Shown: piece after piece, positions 9,013 through 18,919 of the stretch
Layout of the letters: each line of letters opens with the position of its first letter
Numbering within the stretch: position 1 is the stretch's first letter
Assembly: GCA_963849325.1 (NCBI GenBank)
Contig: CAWKHF010000005.1
Location: 1,097,351 to 1,161,350 of the forward strand
Origin: an uncultured Planctomycetota bacterium
Lineage (GTDB): Bacteria; Planctomycetota; Planctomycetia; Gemmatales; Gemmataceae
DNA: 64,000 bases
Direction: 5' to 3'
Notes under the pieces: generated by a model
What the model was told of the DNA's origin: nothing
Databases searched by the model: none
The model's input: only the letters and a program-made list of their open reading frames with translations
Program-made: the position numbers and the translations under genes

Positions 9013-10798
9013 CTAGGGTTTGGCGATCTTCCCCTTGCGGAAGAGGTGGTCGGCGCGCTCGGCTTCCGCGGCGCTGATGAGTCCGTCGCCGTCGGCGTCG
9101 ATCTGGCGAAACTCCTCGTCGGTGCCGAGAAATTCCCGACGCGATACGTCGCCGTCGTGGTTGTGGTCCATCTTGCGGAACCAGCGCGGGCCGGCGGTTC
9201 GCTCGGGCAACTGCGGCTCGTTGGCGCCCATGCGGCGGATAACGACGGCGCGCGGGGCGAACTGGTTGCCCGACGCCGGCCCTTGCCGCACGTCCACTCG
9301 ATACTTGTGCGGTATCTCGCCGCGGCTGATACCGCCATCGTCGTCGCGGTCGAGCTGATCGATCAGCGAGACCATTTGCCGCAACTCGCGCAGGCTGAGC
9401 CGCCCGTCGCCGTTGGCGTCCACCAGGTCGAACAGACCCTTGCCCTGGTCCCGCACGGCCAGCGAGGCGCAGCTCCGCATGGCGCTCTCCTGCAACTCCT
9501 TCATCTTGTCCAGGTAGGCGACGATTTCCTTCTCGAACAGCTTGCCGTCGCCGTCGCGGTCCATCATCGGGAACAGGTTGCGATAGAGCGGATTTTGCTC
9601 CGCCTCCTTCTTGTCGAGGTAGCCGTTGTTATCGCGGTCGGCCATGCGGAACTGGGCGAGATACTGCTGGCGTAGTCGAAACGCAAACTGAGGCTCCGTG
9701 GATGTGATTCCTCGGCCCAGTTCGATCTGCGTGGTGCCGAACTCCAGTAGCAAGGTCTCGTCTGATCCCGGACGAACTTGCTGGGTTCGAGGCGACGAGC
9801 GGTCCTTGGTTTGGTCCAACTCTACCGCCTTCTCCTTGTCGCTCTTGTTGCCGAGATGAACGCGGAACACCAGGTCGGGCGGCCGCTGGGCGAAGCGCGA
9901 CAGTTCCTCGCTGTCCAGGGCGCCGTCCTCGTCGGCGTCGAGGCGGGCGAAGGCCGCTTCCTCCATGCCGAGATCCTGTCGGGTGAGCTTGCGGACGGCC
10001 GACCGTTTCCCCTTGGGGGCGTAGTGGTTCAACAACTCTCGGGCCAGCTGCTTGTTGCCTGGACCGGGAGTGACCATGACGAAGGGGACATCGTTGACGG
10101 GCTGCTGCTTCTCGTAGGAATAAACTGCCTCCCCTTGCGAACCGCTCGGGGCGTTGCCGCTCATCTCGCGGATGCTGACCATGTCGTCATCGTCATCGTC
10201 CAGCTTGGGCAGAAGGGCAGACGCCCGGCCCAACTCCTCGCGCGAGAGCTTGCCGTCCTTGTTGGTGTCGAGCAGGGCGAACAGCTTTTCGTTGAGAGCG
10301 TCATTGGAGAGCGGTTGAGCTCTGTCCGCATAAGTCGCACGACGAGGACTTGCTGCTGCTGCTGGAGTCCGCCCGTGCGGAACTGGAACGGCGTGGCGCC
10401 GATGCGGCGATACCAGTCGGCCAGCTCCGCGCGCGTGATCTTGCCGTCGCGGTTTTGGTCCAGCGCGCCGGGGAAGTTGGGCCGCTGGCCGACGAAATTG
10501 GGAGCGTTGTTGAACAGCACTTGCATCGGCGGCACGCGGGCCGCTTCCTCTTTGCTCAGCACGCCATCGCCGTTCTGATCCAGGTAAGCGAACAGCTTAC
10601 CCATGAAATCCTCCCACACGTCGAGCAGCGGCTTGCCGTCGATGCGGACGTGGAAGCGCATCAACACCGGACCTTTGTCGCCCAGGTAAACGAAGTCCTG
10701 CACGTCGCGCTCCGGGGACAGCTTTCGGGGCGGCGCCGGCGGTCAGGCCGAAACCGAGGACGGCCAGCACGGCGGCGATCCAGAAGGGAGTTCCTCAT
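9013..10798 (-). CDS. Secreted multi-EF-hand protein (several apparent frameshifts in the 5' part)
   Basis: Repeated DxDxDG loops (DQNGDG, DRDNNG, DRDGDG, DANGDG, DHNHDG, DADGDG) across ORFs 9013..10233 and 10161..10703; ATG at 10798 overlaps the upstream TGA. Confidence 0.8.
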
Positions 10799-12127
10799 GC
10801 GACCACCTCCTTGACGGGCTTGGCCGTGGGTTCGACGAGGCGGATCGGCCGGCCGACGTTGGAGTTGTTCTGCTTGCGGATGTCCAATCCCAGAGCGAGG
10901 CCGATGGTGCCGAGCAGATCGGGCACTTCCACCTTGCGTTCCTCGACGGACATGCCGTCGGGGCTGGTCTTGCCGACGACTTGCCCGCCCTTGATGCCGC
11001 CGCCGGCCAGCACCGTGGACCAGGAGACGGCCCAGTGATCGCGGCCGGTGCGCTCCGTGGCGATCTTCGGCGTGCGGCCGAACTCGCCCATCCACACGAT
11101 GAGCGTGGAGTCGAGCAGCCCCTTGGCCTTGAGGTCGTCCATCAGCGTCGCCCAGGCCGGGTCGAGCGTGCCGCTGAGCCGCTTGACCTGGTCGAAGTTC
11201 TGGTTATGCGTGTCCCAGCCGTTGAGGCTCACTTCGACGAACGGCACGCCGCGCTCGACGAGACGGCGAGCCAGCAGACAGCCCTGGCCGAACAGGTTGC
11301 GGCCGTACGGCGTCGCGCAGCTTGGCCGGCTCTTCGTCGAGGTTGAACGCCTTGACGGCGGCGGAGCGCATCATGGTGACGGCCCGCTGGTAGGCGGTGC
11401 GGTGGCTCTGGGCGGCGATGCTGGCGTGCTGGGCCAGGAAGTCCTGCTCCATCTCATCGAGCATCTGCAAACGCGCCGCCGCGCGCTTGGCGTTGACGTC
11501 GCCGGGCAGGTCGAGGTCTTGCACGCGCAGCGCCTGGGCCACGTCGCCGCCGCGCTGCGGGCCGAGGCCGTTGCCGTTCTCGCCGACGATCAGAGGAGCG
11601 TACTGCGGCCCGAGGAAGCCGGGCGTGTAGGCGGCGGGATTGAGGAAACGGAACGGCGCGATGCTGACGAAGCTGGGCAGCTCGGCGTCGGGGCGCTCCA
11701 GCTCCTTGGCCACGAACGAGCCGAGCGGCGGATACTGGATCGGCCCGCCCGGCAGGCGGCCGGTACGGAGGTAATAGGTGGCGCGGCCGTGGTCGGCCTC
11801 CTTGGTACTCATCGAGCGGACCAGCACCATGTCTTTCATGTGCGTGGCGAGCTTGGGCAGGTGCTCGCTGATCTTGATGCCGGGCACGCTGGTGGCGATC
11901 TCCTTGTAGGGGCCGCCGTTGGCGTGGCCGGGCTTGAGATCGAAGGTATCCATCTGGCTGGGTCCGCCGGCCATCCACAGGAGGATGCACGCGCGTTTGC
12001 GTTCGGGGCTGGTGGCCGTGGCGGCGGCCAGGTTCTCCAGCCAGCCGGACATCGAGTAACCAATGACGCCGGCCGACGACAGCGTCAACCATTCGCGCCG
12101 CGACAGGTGATTCGAGGGGAGGGTCAT
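10795..12127 (-). CDS. DUF1501 family protein (frameshift near 11308)
   Basis: Tat-like SRREWL; CILLWMAGGPSQMDTFDLKP; GWDTH; WMGEFGRTP; GRDHW. Confidence 0.92.
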
Positions 12128-12147
12128 GAGGGGATCTCCTGCGATTT

Positions 12148-12211
12148 GGCGAGCGGGGGGCGTCAGCCCCCTGTCTGGCGCTCAACAGGGGGCTAACGCC
12201 CCCCGCTCGCC
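12148..12211. repeat. REP-like palindrome, family C copy 1
   Basis: GAGCGGGGGGCGTCAGCCCCCTG...CAGGGGGCTAACGCCCCCCGCTC; second copy at 31345. Confidence 0.85.
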
Positions 12212-12217
12212 CATGAG

Positions 12218-13865
12218 TCAATGATTGAGGAAGAATTCGCCGCTGTTGAGCAGCACCCAAAACACGTCGGCCAGGGCTTGGTTGTACCGTTTGTCCTTGT
12301 CGGCCGAGGTCGCGGTAGCCTTGTCGTCGGACGAGCCGCCGCTTTCGACGTACCGGACCATGCGCGACAGTTCTTTCGGCGTCGGCTTGCGGGCCAGCGC
12401 CGCCAGGTAGAGCGTCTCGACGCGCTCGGCCGTGTCCATGAAGGGAGCGTCGAGCAGGGCGGCCAGCGTCTCGCTGCGCTCCAGGTGGGTCGCCTCGGAC
12501 GTGATCTGATCCGTTCATCAGCGACAGCGCTTGCAGGATGGACGTCTGCACCTCGGTCGCCTGGTCGCTGGTGTTGGCGAACTGGGTCAGGAAGCGGCCG
12601 CGCGCCCCTGATTGCCGAAGAACGGATTGTTGTTGCGGTTGCCCGTCTCGCGGTAGCCGGTCGCCTGGGCGACGCTGTCGAACAGTTGCTCGGCGGACAG
12701 ACCGCGCAGCGGCATGCGGGCGAAATGATGCGGGTCGTCCTGGCTGTCGTGCGTGGACCGAGCTGCCGAGCTGGTAGGCCCGGCTGGCCGTGATGGCGCG
12801 GATGAGGAACTTCAAGTCGAAGTCGTGGGCGGCGAACTGGCGGGCCAGCTCGTCGAGCAGCTCGGGATGGCTGGCCGGGTGCTCGCCGCCGACCATCTCA
12901 TCGACCGGGTCGATGATGCCGGTGCCGAAGAAGTAACCCCACAGGCGGTTGACCGCCGCCCGCGCGAAATAGGGGTTGTCCTTGCTGGTCATCCACTCGG
13001 CCAAGGTGGAGCGGGCGCTGGTGTTGAACTTCCATTTCGGCTGCGTGCCGTCGAGGAATGCGGCCTGCACGACGCGCTCGGTGCCGGGGATGGTCAGCTC
13101 GCGGCGGTCGGCGACCTCGCGGCCGGCGGCCACGAAATCGCCGTTTCCCTGCCGTTGCAGGCTGGCGAAGAAGGCGGCGTAAGCTCCAGAACTGATCGCG
13201 CTTCCACTCCGCGAACGGGTGATTGTGGCACTGGGCGCATTCGATCTTCACGCCCAGAAACAGCCGCGCCGAGGCGGCGGCCAGGTTCTCCGGCTTGACC
13301 TCCTTGGCCAGGTAGAAGGCGATCGGCGTCGGTTCGCCGCCTTGCTGCCCGAAGGGATTGCGGCCCTGTCCGTTCATCGGCGCCGTGAGCAGTTCGCGCA
13401 CCAGAACGTCGTAGGGCGTGTTCTGCTGGAGTTTCTTGTGCAGCCAGGCCTCGAAGCCGGGGGCGAGGAAACGCGCCTGCAAGCTCGCCGTCGTCTCGGG
13501 CAAGAGCAGGGCGCGCCAGACGTTGGTGAAGTGCGTGACGTAGCGCGGCCCGGCGAGCAGCTGCTCGACCAGGCGCTGCCGCTTGTCGGGCCGTCTTGTC
13601 GTCGAGGAAGCGGCGCACCTCGGCGACGGAGGGGATGCGTCCGGCCAGGTCGAGATAAACGCGGCGGACGAACTCGGCGTCCGTCGCCGGGGGTGCCGGC
13701 TGGACCTTGTCGGCGGCTCCAACCGTCCGCGAGGGCACGATCGATCCGAGCGGCCAGCGCCATCACGTCCGGGTCGGACGCCGCGCCGGGGGCCGCCTGT
13801 GCCGCCGTGTACAGGCCGGCCAGCGCGACACAGCCGCTCATCAGCCATAATGGAAGACGGATCAT
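12218..13865 (-). CDS. DUF1549/DUF1553 (PSD1) protein (multiple frameshifts)
   Basis: Signal peptide MIRLPLWLMSG with AAGGAGG RBS; ATDAEFVRRVYLDLAGRIP, CAQCHNHPF, NPYFARAAVNRLW, SHPELLDEL, DVFWVLLNSGEFFLNH spread over several frames. Confidence 0.88.
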
Positions 13866-13926
13866 GAAGAGACCTCCTTCGCCGAGGGGCCGCGTGCAGC
13901 TTGGCATCAAGCCGCACGCGGCAGCG

Positions 13927-15887
13927 TTACGGAGCTTTCCGCCGCCGGGTACTCTCGACGCGCGGCGCCGCGCCGAGCGACCATAACTTGACGATTCCAT
14001 CGTCACTCACGGACGCCAGGTTGTTGCCGTCCGGGGCGAAGCATACGCAGCGGATGCCTCGGACGTGCCCCTCGAAGACGCGCACGGTTCGGGCGGTGGC
14101 GACGTCCCAGAGCCGCAGTTCTCCGGGGATCGCGTTCTGGTAATGCCCGCTGGCCGTCGCCAGCGTCTTGCCGTCCGGGGCGAAGGCGAGGCTGAGGAAG
14201 CCACAACGCTGCCCTTGCAGGCGGCCCTTGATTTGGCCGGTAGCGGTATCCCACAGCCGCACGGACTGGTCCCAGCTGGCCGTCGCCACCGTTTTGCCGT
14301 CCGGCGCGAACGTCACGGCCTCGACGCCCTCCCTGTGCCCTTTGAGTTCCAGCCGCAGCTTGCCCTCCACCGCGTCCCACAGCCGGGCCGTGTGGTCCTT
14401 GCTCGCCGTGGCGATCGTCTTGCCGTCCGGGGCGAACGCCACGGACAGCACCCAGTCCGGGTGTCCCTCGAACGTCCTCACATCCTTACCTGTCGCCAGC
14501 TCCCACAGTTTCGCCGTCTTGTCGAGACTGCCCGTGACCAGCATTCGACCGTCCGGGGAGAACGCCAGCGAGTTAACGCCTCCCTTATGTCCCTTCAAAA
14601 CGCGGAGGACTTTCCCCGTCGCCAGATCGCGCAGCTGGACGTTGTTGTCGAAACAGCCGGTCGCCAGCATTTTGCCGTCGGGCGAGAAGGCGACGTAGCG
14701 CAGGCCCTTCGCCTCCTGGACGGCGACGCGCTCCTTGCCCGTGGCCGGGTCCCACAGTTTCAGTTCGCCGCCCTTGTCCATGCCGCTGACCGTGGCGAGG
14801 GTCCGACCGTCGGGCGAAAGGCCGCGAACCAGCCTTGATCGGGGTGAGCCTGGAGTGTGAGCCGGGCCTTCTGCGGAAGCGCGATCGGCGTCCACAGCTT
14901 GATCGTGCGATCGAGTCCCGCGGACACGAGCCGCTTTCCGTCGGGGGAGAAGACGATGCCGGTGACGGCGTCGTTGTGACCGCGCAGCTGGCTACGCTGA
15001 CTGCCGGCGGCCGGATCCCACAGGACGATCGTGTTGTCTCCGCCGCCGCTGGCCAGGGTCTTGCCCGCGGGCGAGAACACCAGGGTCATTACCTCGGCGT
15101 TATGGCCCTTGAGCGTGGACCGCTCGCTCTTGCCGGCCACGTCCCACAGTTTGATTACCTGATCGTCGCCACCGGAGGCCAGGGTCTTGCCATCCGGGCT
15201 GAAGGCCACGGCGCGAACGGCGCCTTCGTGGCCCTTGAGCGTGACAGGTTCGCCGTCGCCGGTCATCGGCCACAACTTGAGGGTGCGATCACTGCTGCCG
15301 GAAGCGAGCGTCTGGCCGTCCGGTGAGAAAGCGAGAGCGCGGATGGATGCCTTGTGGCCTTTGAGAATACGCAGCGCTTTGCCCGTGGCGGGATCCCAGA
15401 GGCGGATGGTTTTGTCGTAGCTGCCGCTGGCCAGCGTCTTACCGTCGGGAGAGAAGGCGACAGCGTAGACCCAACTGGTGTGGCCCTCCAGCGTGCGGAT
15501 TTCCTTGCCGGTCGCTGCGTCCCACAGCTTGATATTCTGATCCGGACTGCCGCTGGCGAGGAGCTTGCCGTCGGGCGAAAACGCCAGGCACTGCACGGCA
15601 TCGGTGTGCCCGCTGAGTCGATGCAGCAAGTCGCCGGAGGCGGCGTCGCGCAGGTGAATGGTCTGATCGTCCAGCGCGGTGGCGAGGATCTTGCCGTCGG
15701 GGGAAGAGGCCAGGGCCAGGATTTGAGGCGCCATGTTGTTGTTGGCGCCGAGCAGGTTTGTCGGCTGCGCATTGAACCGGGTCGGTTCCTCGGCCTTCGG
15801 CGTTTCCGCCTTGGTGAGCGCGAGAGGCAGACCGAGAGACAGCAGGAGCATACCGGCGAGCATCAGCCACAACCGAAGACGGACCAT
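13927..15887 (-). CDS. Secreted WD40-repeat protein, copy D (frameshift near 14822)
   Basis: Signal peptide, then GH...AFSPDGK.LASG..D.TIKLWD repeats in ORFs 14760..15887 and 13927..14895. Confidence 0.9.
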
Positions 15888-15912
15888 GAGGAGAGACCTC
15901 CTTTGTTGTTCT

Positions 15913-18852
15913 TCACGGAGAGACCGACGTTGTCGGCGCGGCTTTCGTCATCGTCCGCGCCGGCTGTTCGTCGGTGAGCGACCATACGCGGATGGGGAAG
16001 TCCTTGCCGCCAGCGACGGGTTTGCCGCCCTCGTTCCGCCCTCCGCCGCCAGAAACGACCTGTCGGCCGTCGGGCAAGAATTTCACGGTGCAAACGTAGC
16101 CGCTTTGTCGGAAAATCTTCCGTTGCTGCCCCGTGGCCACGTCCCAGCAGCGCACGGTGCCATCGTAGCCGCCCGACAGAAGGCTATGTCCGTCCGGCGA
16201 CACGTCCAAGCAGAGAACGCCGCCAGCGTGTCCCTGGAAGGTCCGCAACAGTTTGCCGCTTTCGATGTCCCATAACTGAATGACATTCGGGCCGGCCGTG
16301 CGAACCGCCTGGTGCGCGCTGGGCATCCAGGCCACGCAGTCGGTCCCTCCCCTGGGTCCGGACTGAAATTGGCGCAGTTGTTTGCCGCTGTCCACGTCCC
16401 ACAACCGCATCATGTCGTCTCGACCGCCGGACAGAAAGCGTCGGCCATCGCTTGCGAAGCGCACGCTGCGGACCCAGTTGGTGTGGCCCTCGAACTTGCG
16501 GACTTCGCGACCGTTCTCGACCTCCCACAGACGGATGGTCTTGTCCCGGCCGCCGGACAGCACGTGCCGTCCATCCGGCGCGAAATCCAGGGCGTAAATG
16601 GCGCCGACGTGGCCGTGGAAGCGCCGCAGTTCGGCGCCCGTCTCCACGTCCCACAGGAAGGCCACGCCGCCGACGCCGGCCGAAACCGCCTGCTTGCCGT
16701 CCGGCGAAAGAGCTACCGCCTGGATCTCATTGGGCTGTTCGTTCGGCCCTTTGTCCACCGGCGGCGTCTCGGCCCGGAAGACGCGGAGTTCCTTGCCGGT
16801 CTGGAAGTCCCACAATCGCGCTGACTTGTCGCCTTGCGGCCAACCGCTGCCCGAAAATAGACGACGACCATCTCGGGAAATAACCAGGCTGAACACCGGA
16901 CCCGTGTGTCCGCGCAACAGACGGATCGGCGCCGGTGCCGCCTGCCAGACCTTCACCGAGTTGTCCAGGCTGGCCGACACGAGCCGCCGGCCGTCCGCGA
17001 ACAGCAATCCCGTGATCGCGTTGCCGTGGCCATTCAGTCGGCTGCGCTGGCTGCCGGTCACGGCATCCCACAAGATGATCGTGTTGTCCGCGCCGCCGCT
17101 GGCCAGGGTCTTGCCCCGCGGCGAAAACGTCAGCGTCGTTACCTCCGCCCCGTGTCCTTTCAGGGTTGCTCGCTCGCTCTGCTTCGCCACGTCCCACAGT
17201 TTGATGGTGCGATCATCGCTGCCGGAGGCCAGGGTTTTGCCGTCCGGGCTGAAGGCGAGAGCACGGATCGCGTCCTCGTGGCCCTTGAGCGTGACGGGTC
17301 CGTCCTCGCCGGTCATCGGCCACAATTTGATGGCGCGATCGCTGCTGCCGGAAGCGAGCGTCCGGCCGTCCGGTGAGAAAGCGAGCGTTCGGATGGATGC
17401 TTTGTGCCCCTTCAGAATGCGCAACAATTGGCCCGTAGCCGGATCCCACAAGTGGATGGTCTTGTCATAGCTGCCGCTGGCCAACGTCTTGCCGTCCGGC
17501 GCGAACGCGACTGTGTAGATCCAGCTGAGGTGGCCTTTCAGCGTGTGGACCTCCTGGCCGGTCGCCGCGTCCCACAGCTTGATCTTCTGATCGGGACTGC
17601 CGCTGGCCAGGAGTTTGCCATCCGGCGAATACGCCAGGCAGGTGACGACGTCGGCATGACCCTTGAGGACGTGGCGCTGGGTCCCGGTGGCCAGCTCGCA
17701 GATCTGCACGCCACCATTCTCGCCGGCGATGGCCACGCTCTTGCCGTCGGGTGAGTACGCCAGGGCGAGGACGGGCTGCGGCTCGAAGCGGCGCTCCTGC
17801 GTCCGCAGCGTGGCCAACTCCTTGCCTTCCACCACGTCCCATAGCTTCGCCGTGCCCTCATTGTTCCCCGCGGCCAGGCGTTTGCTATCGGGGGAGAAAG
17901 CCAATCCCCAAACGGCGCCGGTCTGGTTGTCGAGGAGGGGCCGTTCCTCCAGGGTGACGGCATGCCACAACTTCACTTTGCTGTTGTCCGCCGAGGCCGC
18001 CAGCGTCTTGCCGTCGGGCGAATACCTCACGCACCTCACGCTTCCTCCCGGACCCGGCAGCGTCGTTCGCTCCTGACCCGTGGCGGCATCCCACAGCTTC
18101 ACCGTGCCGTCCCAACCGGCCGTGGCGACGGTCTTGCCATCCGGGGAAAAGGTGACGAACTCCACCGCATTGGCATGTCCGGTAAGCGTCGTCTGACTTT
18201 TGCCGCCGGCCACGTCCCACAGGATGGCGCTGCGATCCGCGCTCACCGAGGCCAGCGTCTTGCCGTCGGGAGAGAAGGCCACGCACAGGACGATGCCGGT
18301 GTGCCCCTGGAGGCGCAGCCGCTGCTTTCGCGTGTCCACGTCCCAGACGGTCACGACCTTGTCCAGCCCGGCCGCCGCCAGCATCCTGCCGTCCGAGGAG
18401 AAGGCGACGGCGTTGACGCCGGCCGTGTGTCCCTCAAGGGTGGCACGCATCGCCCCGGTCGCCGGATCGCGCAGCTTCACGGTGCCGTCGAACTCGCCGG
18501 TAGCCAGGATCTTGCCATCGGGAGAGAAAGCGACCGAGCGCACGACATGGGGCAGCGGGACCGTGACGGCCAATCGCTCCCTGGTCAGATCCCAGAGGCG
18601 AAGTTCGCCGGTTTTCGAGTTGGCGCCGCGACCGGCGGCCATTGCCAGGAGCTTGCCGTCGGGGGAGAAAGCCACGCTGTCCACGGGAAGGATACGGCCT
18701 TGAAGAGAGGTCGGATTGGGCAGGAACGACTCGGCCTCCTCGCGCGGCTTGGCCCGCGCCGCCGGCTGTTTCTTCGTCTCCGTCTGAGCGAAGTTCGACT
18801 GCGGCGCCAGCAAAAACAGACCCAAGAGCACAAGCCAACGAGAACGAACCAT
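15913..18852 (-). CDS. Secreted WD40-repeat protein, copy A (about 20 repeats)
   Basis: 979 aa; signal peptide MVRSRWLVLLGLFLLAPQSNFA; AAGGAGG RBS. Confidence 0.95.
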   Translation of the reverse strand: MVRSRWLVLLGLFLLAPQSNFAQTETKKQPAARAKPREEAESFLPNPTSLQGRILPVDSVAFSPDGKLLAMAAGRGANSKTGELRLWDLTRERLAVTVPLPHVVRSVAFSPDGKILATGEFDGTVKLRDPATGAMRATLEGHTAGVNAVAFSSDGRMLAAAGLDKVVTVWDVDTRKQRLRLQGHTGIVLCVAFSPDGKTLASVSADRSAILWDVAGGKSQTTLTGHANAVEFVTFSPDGKTVATAGWDGTVKLWDAATGQERTTLPGPGGSVRCVRYSPDGKTLAASADNSKVKLWHAVTLEERPLLDNQTGAVWGLAFSPDSKRLAAGNNEGTAKLWDVVEGKELATLRTQERRFEPQPVLALAYSPDGKSVAIAGENGGVQICELATGTQRHVLKGHADVVTCLAYSPDGKLLASGSPDQKIKLWDAATGQEVHTLKGHLSWIYTVAFAPDGKTLASGSYDKTIHLWDPATGQLLRILKGHKASIRTLAFSPDGRTLASGSSDRAIKLWPMTGEDGPVTLKGHEDAIRALAFSPDGKTLASGSDDRTIKLWDVAKQSERATLKGHGAEVTTLTFSPRGKTLASGGADNTIILWDAVTGSQRSRLNGHGNAITGLLFADGRRLVSASLDNSVKVWQAAPAPIRLLRGHTGPVFSLVISRDGRRLFSGSGWPQGDKSARLWDFQTGKELRVFRAETPPVDKGPNEQPNEIQAVALSPDGKQAVSAGVGGVAFLWDVETGAELRRFHGHVGAIYALDFAPDGRHVLSGGRDKTIRLWEVENGREVRKFEGHTNWVRSVRFASDGRRFLSGGRDDMMRLWDVDSGKQLRQFQSGPRGGTDCVAWMPSAHQAVRTAGPNVIQLWDIESGKLLRTFQGHAGGVLCLDVSPDGHSLLSGGYDGTVRCWDVATGQQRKIFRQSGYVCTVKFLPDGRQVVSGGGGRNEGGKPVAGGKDFPIRVWSLTDEQPARTMTKAAPTTSVSP

Positions 18853-18919
18853 GAACGAACCTCCTTCTCTCGATACCTACCCATTCCTCGTCGTCGATCT
18901 GTTCCGCTCGCGGCCCCAA